DNA from: Camelus ferus
Taxonomy: Eukaryota
Assembly (NCBI RefSeq): GCF_009834535.1
Contig: NC_045697.1
Location: 46,440,001 to 46,504,000 of the forward strand
DNA: 64,000 bases
Direction: 5' to 3'
Below are positions 25,344 to 38,564 of this stretch, piece by piece. The notes under the pieces are model-generated. The model saw only the letters and a program-made list of their open reading frames with translations. It did not search any database and was not told where the DNA came from. A program made the position numbers and the translations under genes. The first letter of the stretch is position 1. Each line of letters begins with the position of its first letter.

Positions 25344-26964
25344 GCATTTATTTATCTGCAGGTGCCTGGCAGTCAACAGATAGCCTCTCCTCCCACACAG
25401 GCATCTGCTTCTGCTAAGGCTGCCTTGGTTCCTTGATTCCTCATTCTGCCTTTTCTCTGCTTCTCTAGTGTGAAGAGGGCTATGATGAGTCTCACGCTTT
25501 TTCATTCTCTTCATTCTTATTGCCAGCAGAGTCGTTGATTGAGCCCTTCTGGTCTGGCTGATTCCAGGGAGATTGCACGATGTAAAAGACTGGTAGGTGT
25601 TACTGTCCTCTCAGAAACCTTTCTTAATTTGCTACAAATTCCAAGTGGAAATAATAGTATTAGATTTTATAAATGAGAATACTTGGTCAAGGCCACACAA
25701 GTGATAAATATTAGAGCTGGATATCAAATGCTTGTCTATCAATCTAAATTACATATTTTCAATTGTTACCTTTGGAAGAAAAGACACAAAACCAAGGAAA
25801 TAAATACAAAAGAAACAACAATGGCAACAAAACACACCTCTGTATTTTATTATACCATTTTCTTTACTGAGTATTCTATTTCCAATAACATCCCTGCAAT
25901 ATATGTCAACTTATCTTGTAAATGTACTCATAGAATAAAACACACATATGTCATGGTCATTATTATATACAAATTATCACTTCCAAAGTAACATATTGCT
26001 TCTACTCTGAGTAGCCTATTTGTTTCATAGTTATTTGCTTCCTTATACATCAAATCTACACAGGAAATGAAGCTCTGGCACTGGTTACTTTGCACTAATA
26101 TAGCCAATACAGATTGATGCAGTTTTCTCTCCATGCCCAAATATCTATTAACATAGAGAAAATCTGGATTATCTGGTACTGAATGTGCAAAAACGAGTTT
26201 AGCTTTCTGTGCTGGATGATTGAATGCATCCTTGGATCAGGCTATCAAGGTTTAATTGAACTACAAATCCAAAGATAATTGGAATAGAACTCTGGTCCAA
26301 AACAGGACACAAATAGTCTAAGCTTTAGTTAATGAACAGAGGCAAATGGAGACTTCTGTTTACATTCATAGCATCCTTTGATTGTATCAACTCTTTCAAA
26401 AAACGTGGCATCACAATATTTAAAACGAACAGTTATATAACAATTATGCCGAAGTCACTTTGTGCTTAATAAATGAGACTAGAAAAATAAAGCGTAATGA
26501 GAGAAGATTTAAAAATAACTTCATTGTATTTTAGGCTCTTCAAGGCTATATGTTTTTTTCATACAATAGTAATGCAGCATTAGGTGCGTGGTAGTTGCTA
26601 AATGCATGCTTTATTTGTATGTATGAATGGTTAGTCTTTGGAGGAAATAGATTAGTAGATGAGGTAAAATAGAATCTATTCATTATAAAAGTTATATCAG
26701 TTGATTAAAAAAGGGTTTGCTTACAGAATAAGACAATGTATTCTAGTTGGTACTGTAGTTGCCACTGTCAGCAGTTTCTGATCTTTTGAATGAGCTCATT
26801 GGTTTAGAATTATCAAAATTAGTTAAGCCACATGCAAATTCACCTAATGTTGTCACCTTATCAAATTTTAAGAGCCGTGATGCTTATTTCTGAAATATTT
26901 CTCAAAGTGTTATTGCTTTTAAAATTCATGTTGACAAATGCTCACAAAACTAAATATGAAAGAT

Positions 26965-27333
26965 CAAAATGATAAAATTGTAGAGATGGAGAAGAGATTA
27001 GAGGTTACTAGGGGTTAGAGGTGAGAGAGAAGAGGGAGAAGGGTGTGACTATAAAGGGAAGCATGAAGGAGATCTTTGTGGCAATGGACTGACTCTGTGC
27101 CATGATCGTAGTGGTGGTTGTAAAAATCTACATGTCATACACGTGTTTTGTGTGGCGCATGTAATAAAATGGTGCAGACACATTGCATCAATAGCAATTT
27201 TCTGGACTTAATATTTTTCTATTGTTACATAAGATGTAATCACAGGGAGGAACTCAGTGAATGGAACACAGAACCACTCCACTATATGTAATGTCTTGTG
27301 CATTGATAATTATTTCAAAATAAAAGTATAAAA
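26965..27333 (+). mobile_element. LINE-1 3' end (L1MC-like)
   Basis: aaaattgtagagatggagaagagattagaggttactaggggttag...ttacataagatgtaatcacagggagg...attatttcaaaataaaagt. Confidence 0.8.
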
Positions 27334-28184
27334 GTAATTGGGCAGAGTTAATCTCAACTTAGTACAATAGTTGTGCACTGTTTTCCTCACTGCTTACATT
27401 TTAACTCTTCTGTAATTTTATTTTGACTGGTGCTATTTACAAGCTGTACATACTTAGGCTTTTGACAAGCAGTTGCAGGTGGCTTATCAACTCATCGACT
27501 GCATCGTGTACTCTTGCTGTTAAGTGATAAACACATGGCATTCAATCTGATACTTTTCTTTAGAAGACAGAATATCTCAAGTGTTTAGGTCCAAACACTG
27601 TTGTGACACTTGCTGGTTGCTACCTTTATTGCAAATATGGTTTTATACATTTCATCAGTACAATAAAAAATGTGAAATACTGGCGTTGTACTGATTTTAT
27701 AGGTTTCTCTGTGATATCAAATATACTGTGAAACAATTTATCAATATTCTGTTACTCACTGATTCTTTCTTGTGTTCCCATATATTACACTTAGGTGAAT
27801 GGTGTAGATCTTCCCATTAATACTACATAAATTATGCCGTGATACACATCACTGGCATCTTAGTATATACATAAAAAAGTGGATGAGAAAAATATTAGAA
27901 TTCTCTTTTTCTGCCTGTCTCTGTCAACGCTAGGAACCCCCAAAGGCAAATAGCCCATCTCATTGCTTCAATTTGCATTTCTTTAAAAACTAGTGAAATT
28001 GAGCATGAATATTTATCTCAATTTGTGTTTCCCAGTTTATGAAATGCCTCTTCATAGTGATTTGCTTATTTTTTTCTACTTAGATAATATTCTCTCCCCA
28101 ACTGATTTAAGTAGCTGCTTCTGGTCTAATTATATGGAGCTTTTGGTCGTATATGTTGCAAATATTCCTCCTTAGCTTATCTTC

Positions 28185-28385
28185 AGTAGGAAGATGGGGA
28201 ATATGGTATATTCAAGGAATTGATGAGAAAAAAGCAAGCAAGCCTGGTGTGGCTGATGCAATCACAGAGCCAAGGGGAGCAGGAGCGAAAAACCATCAGA
28301 GGTATGGAAACACACAGGCTGTATAAAAGAATTTTAGTGTTTATCCTAAAGCATTGAGAAGCCACTGAAATGCTGTAAGTTAGGT
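28185..28385 (-). mobile_element. L2 fragment
   Basis: agcctggtgtggctg...gaattttagtgtttatcctaaagcattgagaagccactgaaatgctgtaag. Confidence 0.6.
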
Positions 28386-30684
28386 GTGGGTGGTATGATG
28401 CTGGTGGAGAGGTAAAAGAGGTTTTTTATAAGAATTCTTTTAAAATAATCTACCTAAAACTCTTAGCAACGAATGGAACATAGTAAATATTTAACAGGTA
28501 TCTGCTGTTCATGTTAATATGACTGTAATGATTACTATCAACATTTCTGTCAGCAGGAGACTGAAGCCTGGTGAGGCTAAGTTTCCTAAGATTACTCCAA
28601 TGACACAGCTATAAAGAATCACAGATAGATGCTTCTAGGCTAGATTTCATTCTCATTCTGATATCCAGAGTGTGAGTATGTCTACAGTGAGCAATTCATG
28701 AGCTCACAGCACAAATCTAGCCAGGGGAGTGATCCCATTACAGACCAAACATTAGGAGTATTAACAACAAAAATTCAATTGTGCATTAGGTCACTCTCAT
28801 GGGAGACATACCAAGTGCATGTGATTAATGTATTGGAGGCCAAAAGACTCAGTTACAATAGCATTTACACAGAATAGGTTTTGGGAAACAATATTATCCT
28901 CATTATAGTGTTAGTCTGCCAGGATTTACAAGTACCATTTTTCAAAATTAAATAATCTACAAGCTTGGTATTCACAAACACGCACATACTCTGTGGGCCC
29001 TCAATAAATACTAGCTGACTGACTGACAGATAAACACCGTCATAAACAGATAAGCACTTCTAAGTGAAGTGTAGCCATATATTTAAAGAGGCAGTATTGG
29101 ATCTACGTGTATAAACTAGAGATTAAATATACGAGAAACATAGCAAAAATGCAATAGTGAAATACCTTTCTAAACTGTGAGCTCCTTAAATAGCAAATGA
29201 GGGTAAACTCCAACAAGTATTAAAGTATCCTGGATGAGAGTTATAAAGTAACTTTACACTACAAAATAGATGCTCTTCAAAGATCATAAACAAATCCATT
29301 TTTGTGACTTCAGATCTTTACCCCACCTATCAATTAATTTGCAAATAATGGAGACAGTGAACTTGTTAATATGTATGGTATTTCTTGAGAAGGAAGTATG
29401 GAATAAGGAAACAGAGGTGAAACTAATGATCGAGAAATGGGCATTTGATTGTACCCTCTCCTCTCAGTTTTCTGTCTGCTAAAGTCTTATTAAATAGCCT
29501 TACCTAAATCAATGAATAGATCCCTAGCAATTTAACTGAAATGCAGCATCACTGTGACTCACAATCTTAAGTTCAGTACTTAACTAGTTTTATGAACTTA
29601 TGCCAGATTTAACTTCTATGAATTTAATATTTTTTTACCTCAATTGGAATACTTTAATAAGCCATTTCTTAAAACAAAATGTTTCTTTAAATATGGGTAA
29701 TATCTGGTACAGGGCTGGGCATTTAATGAGCAAGAAATAAGTCTTCTTGGCTGATATTATTTATTAATTAATAGTGATAATGACAATTTCCCCAGTAACA
29801 AAGCCCACTTAGCATAATCTCTCTTGATAACAGGACTGCCCTGAGGAGTTCTGGTCGTGGCAGCTGAACTCACAGGATAAGACAGCAGGGTAAGCACCGG
29901 AGGACAGGACCAGCCTGGTGGAAAGGCAGGTCCTGCTCTCCAGGTTGGCAATGGCTGGATGCTTGAAATGTGTAAGTTACTCTGATCAGACCCAAAGGAG
30001 CAACTAAAGACCACAAACTGCCGTGAGCTCCCAGGGGAGGAGAAAGGAAGTAAATAACTTTAAGGACAAGTTAAGAGGAAACCCAAAGCTTGGAATGAAG
30101 ACATGATCCAGCCAATTACAGTAAAGGGTCAAGAAGAGGGTTTTGTTGCTGCTGTCATTTGTTTATTTTAAGTACTTGGAGACCTCGTTCCTTCAAGTTA
30201 TATTGCATATTGATTTCAGTCATGCCTGAGACTAACTGAACATTTCTCAGCATCACAATTAATCTATCTCTTGCTTCATTTTCTATGGAGGTTTGAGGTT
30301 CTTTGGGAGAAGGACTGAAAAAAGAAATAATGACTTTTAAAGGTTGATCCAAGTAGTACGATTTGTGAATACCGTATTAATAGGATTTTAATGACTGCTA
30401 TTAGCTGGTAGAAAGTGGCTCATAAATGTCTAAAATCACCATCTTTCTATACTCGTCCCTCACTTCCCTTCTCTCACTAGAGGTGGGGCTCAGATTGAAT
30501 GGAAGGACAGGCCTACTGTGTTAGAGCATTAAATTTATCTTCTAAAAAGACATCAAATGTTTTCTTCTTAGAGTTTTTAATCATCCTGCAAGAAGTTATT
30601 TTTAGGACAAATTTAGTTGAGAAAATTGATATTTAGAGGCTTAATATGAATTAACAAATAAGAGGTGGAATTTGAAACCAACAA

Positions 30685-31445
30685 TGTTTAACATTCAGGA
30701 AGACATACCATGTTTCTGGTTGAAAAGAGTTAATATTTCAAGGATGTAAAACTATCCCAATCTATATACACATTTAATAAAATTGCAATCAGAATTCCAA
30801 AGTATCTTGTTTTACCTGATCAAAATAATTGAAAAATACATATGAAACAATAAGAGTGTAAGAATTGCCAAGAAATTTTGAAAAAGAAGAATATTAGGGA
30901 AGAACTTCCCTTATCAGTTAAAAAAAAGGTTTTAAAGCTGCAAACAGCACAATAAGACAGTGAAATAAGAGTAAGTGTATAAATGAATGGTTCTGGCCAT
31001 AGTTAAACTCCTAACTAAAATCACACTCGAAGAATAACTTTCTTAAGGACTACCTTTACCTGTCTCTACCTGATTCATCTCTCTCTCTCTATTCTGCCAC
31101 AACCAGATCTCTCTCTCCTCTGTCTATCCTTGTCTGTCTATCTATCTTTTCATCTATCCAACCTATTTATATCTATGCATTTATATGGAACAGGAAGGCC
31201 ATCTTATCCAAGATAACACAGATATATTGGAAAGACTGAGAGGTCTGATTATAGAGAATATTTTCAATGTATTTTGAGAAACTATAGCAGCAACAGAATC
31301 AAAAGATAAATACTACAATCAAAATGTTTCCAATACATGTGACAATGGGTTATTCCTAGTAGACAAAGAACTTTTACTAATGAATAAGAAATAAATTGAG
31401 CAGCTCCATGGTAAAATGTATAAAGGCAATAATTAGGCATATCAA
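30685..31445 (+). mobile_element. Decayed LINE-1 ORF2 3' portion (L1ME-like), with an internal CT/CTAT-rich simple repeat
   Basis: gacataccatgtttctggttgaaaagagttaatatt (DIPCxWxxRxNI) and gaattgccaagaaattttgaaaaagaagaat (IAKxILKKKN) are ORF2p motifs. Confidence 0.75.
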
Positions 31446-33054
31446 AATCTATATGGAATGTTACTTACACCATAATGTCTGTAATTCATTAAGACACCAT
31501 TAGAACTGCTGTCAAAAAATTAAGCAGTCAAAATTCTACCACCTCTATTCCTCACAATTTTCTTTAGTTTCTCCTCTTAACCTATGATCAGAAAATTTAG
31601 TTCTCTATAAAATTTGCTCTTCCTTAAAATTCTTTTTTTCTCTAAAATTTCTAGACTTTCCAATTAAAATTCCCAGCTGACAGAGCTACTGATAGCAGCT
31701 AGATGTTAGTTTTTAAAAATACACACTAAGGTGAAAGAAGGCTTTTGCTTTCTAAGGTATCCACATTTGCACAAGTAAAAGACACAAATATTTGATCCTG
31801 TTTTATAGATGGAGGATAGTAGAAGGCTTTTATTGATTGGTTTTTCAAGATTCTAAAAAGGGCTACATTTAATATTAGAATTAAAATTCAAGGATAACGA
31901 TCTTCTAAAGAGGTTAAGCTTCACCTTCTGAGACATAAATACACAACATAAAGCACTCAAGCTTGTCTTTTAAAAACATACAAAAATTATCAGAGAAGAC
32001 CCAAACCCAGAGAGATCTGTGCTATACGTTGGACTGACTTTATAGTGTGACCCAGAGGAAAAACTCCACATTGCAGATGATAAGAAAGTCAGAAGAAAAG
32101 TAAATAAGAAAGAACTATGCAGTCAGAAGCAGGGCTAAAAGATGGCAAATGCCAGAAATCAATGCAGATAAATGAAGAATACTGAATCTTGAGAAGAAAG
32201 AGAGGCAATGGTCAAAAAAGTAAAATAAATAAAACCAAATAAAACCACAACAACAGAAGCATCGCAGCAGTAACAGATTTGGGAGTTTTGGAAAAATTCT
32301 CCAAAATACAGTCGTATAAATCGCAATACATCGTATAAATGGTGACACAGTTCCCCTTGAAGTACAATATGAATTACAGAGAAGAGGGAAGGGTCTCACA
32401 CGCTCTCTAAGCAAGTAACTAAACCTCAGGAGTACCTAGCTGATGCTGTTAGCCGGGTCTAGAGGCAGGAAAAGCCTGAGCGGTGAACAAGGCATCATAG
32501 GCAATTTCAATGGCACCAAAAATTAAAATTTAGCTTTCTTCCACCATTGTGGTCAAAATATTTTTATGAATTCCCCATAGGCAGTAACCCAAATATCATT
32601 TTAAGAGTTTAACTATGTCAATGACCCTGTTGTTAAAAAAAAATGAACACTTTTGCATGACACAAATCTTCTAACCCGATACATTCCTCTCAAAATATTG
32701 AATTGAAAGATATACAAAGTTTTTCTACTTAAGAAACACACCATTCTGAAAATAATTCCTGTTGATAAATGCTGATTTCTTCCCTTCCTAACTCCCTTTT
32801 ATCTCCTTCCCTTTTTTTTTTTCTATTTTCTTTCCAATAACGGTCGATAGAAAAAAAATTCTTTTCCCTAATTTTCTACTGCTGCTATCTTTTGCCATAT
32901 TTAGGAAGATTCTAAAACATTTACATTAGTTTTTCTTCACTACAGTATTACATTCTTTGCTATCTTTGATGTAATGGACATACAGTTAACATTCTTGGTG
33001 GCTAAAAAATAAATTTTATAAGATCAACAAACAGTAATGATCTTATAAAATTAT

Positions 33055-33230
33055 TGTGTGCTCATTGTGTGTGAGGCATTAAGTGCATTATTTTTTATCT
33101 TTATCACAGTTTATGAGCTAAATCTTATAATTACCCCATTTGCAAAGGAGGAAACTGAGGCTCAGAGAGATTAAAATCACAGGGCTGGTCACAGGTAGAG
33201 ATGAGGTTCCTATAGGCAGAGATGTCTGAA
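33055..33230 (-). mobile_element. MIR SINE
   Basis: ccccatttgcaaaggaggaaactgaggctcagagagattaaa is the MIR core. Confidence 0.85.
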
Positions 33231-35124
33231 GAATTACTTATACCCCATCATACCATTGCAGTGTAGGTCCTGGGAACAGCACTTTTAACTCTTGTGGGGA
33301 CACCATATTCATTAATAGTTTCAAACAATTCAAGGCGTTTAGAAATAACATTAGGTCGTGCAGTCCCAGGATAACTGAGGAGCTGAGCCGAGTCCCGGAA
33401 GAGAGAAGGTTTCATCTCTCTGCCTCATGCTTCTCATTTCCTTATACTTGTTTGTTAAATGGAAGGAGAATTTATGAAATGTTTAGCGAACTATTTGGCT
33501 TTATAAAGAATACGTGCAGTGGCTGGCTTTGTAGACTTTCCAGACAAAAATTCTTTTAGCATTATTTACTTTTGTCTATTTCCGTGGATAAAAGTGACCA
33601 AATTAAAACTCAGCCCTCATCTTCATCTCCTGGTTGCGACTCGGGCTAAGATACCTTCAGGTTTTATCCAACAGAAAAGGCACATCCAACCTCCTTTCAA
33701 TAGTCATCGGAGCAACTATCAAAGATACACCGCCTTGAGAAGGAGAGGGATGAAATGAGTGTCAGATTCTAAAGACATGACATCCTAATTAAAAGAGTCC
33801 TTTGTAGAAGCCAGTGAGGGTGTAGACAGAGCCAAAGTGGTTGTGAAATCTTGTCTCTGCAGATGTCAATAGCCTAAGAGCAGGTCCAGTCATTAGAATC
33901 TGCTTTTATTGTGTCTAAGCTCAAGACATGAAAACTCACTGCAGTCGCCCTGCCTAGACACGGAGCTGCTTAGAACAAAAAGTTCTGTCCTGGAACAAGA
34001 AAATCAGGGTCATAACAGTCCAGGCATATAAATATGTATATGGACTATCATTCTCTTGTAACAAATGGTAAAAAGCTACGCAGGTGACAGTGAGAGAGTC
34101 AGGCGGAGAGCCTGCTTTATCACCTCCCTCGGACTGTGTTTCCCAAGCAGTGCTTCTCGCCAGTCCCGGGTCCCGGGCCATCATTAGTCCCTGCACATGG
34201 AAGCAATGAAGGTGTCTCTTCAAGTAAATCACTTGGGGATTTTTATAATCTCAAATAAAATTTTTCTAATATTTTTTTCTAAGTTTTCCAGGTTTAAGGT
34301 TTTAATCTTTTATTATTTATTGGGCAGCCGTTTGGAAGAGCATGGTGAGAAAGCCCGGATAAATGGTTGCAAAATCTGTGCCGTCCAATGCTCTCTTGAA
34401 AACTAATGAGTTCTTTCTTTTTCCTATTATCACTGTTCTATCCTCTGGTGCTTAAAAATTAATAGCATGTAGGTTTATAAACCTTTGGCTGTCAATCAGT
34501 AAAATTGCTGATAAATATATTTTGGAGATTGCATGGGAAAGTCTGCAGATAAATTTTCCCTTCAACCACCGGAAAGATCATAGGCAACCATTTCAACTAA
34601 ACATATTTTCCAGTGTTTTGTTTTTACGATATCAGGACAAAGACAATTACATGTCAACATAAGAAATAAAATAAATCTATTTCAAACCGCAACTTTGAAA
34701 ATTATTCAGAAAAAAATGTAAATAAGGCAAATGCTTTGGAATACAGGTGAATATTTCTTACTCCATTACTCCTGGGAGTTTGATAAAATAACAGATCATT
34801 GTAAATAACGTCTTTCTTTGTAGAAATAATGAGAATAAAGTCAATAAGGGGGAAAGTACGCTGTTCTAAGTGCTTTTTTTTTTGAAAGTCTTAAGTCTCT
34901 GCATTTATCTCTGGTATTAAATAGAACTGATTTGCATCTGCCTGTTAAGTCTTAGATATGAATGTGGTTAGAAATTTATGAAACCTGAAAGGGTCTGACC
35001 CTTATCTAATGAGGGAAAAATAGAAAGCAGACACAAGGAGAATCGGTACAAAATATGAAGTCATAATGACTGCTGAATTATTATTCTTGTGTATCTATGC
35101 ATTTGCAAATCCAACATATGTAAG

Positions 35125-35220
35125 AATGAAGGCAGGAAGAAGAAATGAAGGCAAGAATGAAGGAAAGAAAGGAAAGGAAAGGACGGAAAAAAATGAAGGA
35201 GGAAAGAGGAGGAAGGCAAA
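35125..35220. repeat. Purine-rich (GAAG/GGAAA)n low-complexity tract
   Basis: Directly visible. Confidence 0.8.
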
Positions 35221-36644
35221 TGATTAGCGGTGAGTCTGTGATGAGAACTGAATCAAATATAAAAGGGCTCTAATTCCTATGCTGCTTATTTAACACGATT
35301 CTAGCTGTCTTTTTCCTCAGTGTTTAAAACAAAATACACTCTCTCTTCTTTCATGATAAGCATCATTCTTCCTTTTCTGAGACTATGATTTCGAAAAGGC
35401 TTTACTCTAATTTTGGATTATGTATGCCATTTGGACCTTCAATTTATTTGTGGCAGCAAGCACTCTGATGAGTGTACTGTTTGTCCTATAATTGCTGTCT
35501 TCCAGTGAGCATTTTGTTCCATTACGATCTCCCAGAACATTTTATTCTCAAAAAGATGTGGCACAGACTGATTCTTCATTTTAAGGATGCTACTTTAATT
35601 TCTCCAGGTTTTCAAATTATTTTTCATTTTAAATTATATTTTGAATAATAAAAAGTGGGGAAAAAAGAATGATCAGGACTGAGACACGTTGAAAATCATA
35701 CTGAATATTTCTTTTATTTTAGAAATGAAAATATATTATGGAATGCAGCCCGACACAGACAACTCACTCATGATATGCATTAATAATATAAATATGTAGA
35801 TGGAAACGAATTTTGTTGTAGAAGCAGTAATTCTGAGTGCTTTTAGAAAACCATATTTTTAAAACCTTTACTTACGCAATTTCATCGTGAAAGCAGCAAG
35901 GCTGATTTTGAAATAAAGACTATCAGAGCAAGTATTGCTGGAGTATTTTATGGTAAGTAAAGAATAATGACTTTATGTGTTTCATAAATGTTATACTGTT
36001 CCCCACAAGACATCTTTTTTTTTTCTTTTTGAAAATGAGGAATGAGTGATTAGGAGAATGTGCATTTTATTTCAAGTATATTTAAGTAATTTAATTCTCT
36101 ATAACTGTATCAAGGCCCTCAAGAGACTATCTTGTAAGAATTTACTATAGAAATAAGTATTGACAATGTATCTACTTGTAAAATATAATCTGGAGTGACA
36201 CACAGACTAGCAGGATGGTTAGAAATAAAGTTAGAGAGGTCAAAAAACATATTCTTCAACAAAACGTGGTTGACAAAAAAAAAAATTTAACAGGAACATA
36301 TGACAAGGCCTTACGATTTAGATTTAAATATAGCTCTGGGCTTCCAGATTACCAAGTCAAGTAAGAGTATATTTCCTGTTATATTACAAAAGAAAACATA
36401 CCAAATCTTCTGACAAGAAAAGGTAGAGTAACATTAGGCAAATAATATGGTAAATAGTTCCGCTAGGAAAATCCAATTCTCAAGACACTGGTTATAGATG
36501 GGTTTACACCAGTATTTAGATATACATTTCCTAGATGTTTCAGGGGCAGGCAGGGATATTATTGTTTCCCATGACCATTAATTTTTCACATCCATTTACA
36601 AATTGATTACATAACAAGGGTTGTACCCAGTGGGGTGAGCAGCA

Positions 36645-36986
36645 CCTTTCTCACTTGTAGTTAGTTCTCTGCCTGAAATGCTCTCCTTTCCTGCTGCGTA
36701 TCAGTAACTCCTACTCACCCTTTAAGCCTCCTCACAAACTTGGTCTCTGAAAGGAAGTTTTTTCTAAGCATCCCGAAGCTTTCTCATACCCACCCCTCAC
36801 CCCCCAGCCCGCCCCGTGCGGCACTCTTCTCTCTGTATTGTCATAGTTGATTTACTTCTCTTCACTGAACTGTAAACTTCCTGAAGGCATGGAACAGTAT
36901 TTTACTCCTAGTACCTAACATGGTCTTTGACACCCAGTAGATGCTCAGTAAATCTTCGGTGGATGGCTGAATGGATGAATAAGTGA
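36645..36986 (+). mobile_element. L2 3' region
   Basis: ctctgcctgaaatgctctcc...actgaactgtaaacttcctgaaggcatggaac...agtagatgctcagtaaatct...gaatggatgaat. Confidence 0.8.
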
Positions 36987-38564
36987 ACTTAGGGTTGCAC
37001 TGAGGAGACTTGTCATCAGGAAAAATCCTTGTCATCAAGAGTTTGGGGTCAGGCCCTTGGGTAGGGAGAAGTGAGGGAGGGGGAGAGGCAGAACTGTATG
37101 GAGAGTGGTGGGGTGTCTCAGCTCAGAGCTCGGATCTCATCTGCTCTCTTGAGCAGCTTCCCGATCTTTAAAGTCAGCATGGATACTGACTCTTGTGAGT
37201 AGAACTGGGTAAGGGACGAGGAAAGGTTTTATTTAATCAGAGTTCCAAAGCTCAACCTGCTGCATACTTGGAGGCTGATGGAGAGAATCAGAGAAAATCT
37301 TGATACAGTTCTATTCTAGAAAATGGATTCTTCGTGCGTTTATTTTTAATAGTGTCTTTGTCATAGCTGCCTTTGAGGAAGGCACTTTATATTTAGCAAG
37401 AACTGCTATGAATTAGTATTCATGGGCATAGCCTTTTTGTCTGTTTGTTCTGATGTTCCAAAATTGCAAGGAAAAAGTGCCTGCCATTTAATTATATTAA
37501 ATCAGATATGTGAACAACAGAATTCTGGCGTCAAGGACTGTATTAGCAAATTGTGCCAATTAGAAACACACAGCAAGTACCATGCACTTTCCTTTTGCAT
37601 TAGTGGCTTTTAAATCATATAGTGGCATGGTAACAAATACAGCTAGCATGGTATGACTGTCACATTTTCCACACGTTCATTTTTAGCTACTTTGCCTTTT
37701 AAAGAAAACATACAGTATGCTGTAGGCCTACACAGAAAGTGCTTCCCAAAATATGAGATAATTATATGCTTAAGGAGTAATATGCAAACACCCTTCTTCA
37801 GATAATTATGAACACTTATTTTTCCACATGGGAAGCTAGCCAAGAAGTAAAGACATACTGCACTTTGGGAAGTCATCCATTTTTAATACACAAGAGTGCC
37901 CTGTCAAATACTACGAAAATAAAGTTAACAGATTTCTTGTGATTGAATGAATAAATGAAAATAAAAAGAAATTCTAAAATGACAATTAAAAAACATCCAT
38001 CACACAGTGTCACATTAAAAAACAATCCTATGAAGGGACAAAGTCTGCTATAAGAATAGACGTGGACAGTCATAAATAAACATTCAGTTTTTGATAGATT
38101 TTGAAGATATATGTATCTTCCTCCAGGAATATTCTTTAAAAATTAATGGAAATTGAAAAGTAAGCTTGTGTAACCTGTACTGTTGAGTATCATTTATTTA
38201 TACTTAAGGAAATCTTGATTATTATGGTAAAAGGTGATAATTAGAGCACTGAACAAAGAAGATGGGATAGTTGAAATACATATGGTGCTAAATTATATTT
38301 TTGTCCATTGCTCAAACATTCTAAAATCTAAAATTTTTACCAGATCTCCATTATGATTTTAAACTATCTAATTTGAGTATTAAGAAACTGTAAACTAAAT
38401 TCTATTGCTTTGGAAATTTTATTTATTTAAGGATAAAATAAATTGGGAATTAATTTTAGTTTCTTTTAAGGTGTTTTTGTACATATTATTAAGAATTTAC
38501 CTCTTGTTTTTAAAATTTGACTAATATTGTAATATTATCTGCTAAAGAAAATCTCATTCTCTTA

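Noticed and set aside
32305..32340. Short direct repeat tcgtataaat x2
   Set aside because: Only two short copies, consistent with ordinary slippage. Similar micro-duplications occur at about 1219-1245, 13310-13342 and 37009-37037.
33972..33985. Steroid-receptor response element (AGAACAaaAGTTCT)
   Set aside because: Spacing is 2 nt rather than the 3 nt of AGAACAnnnTGTTCT, and one half-site is imperfect.
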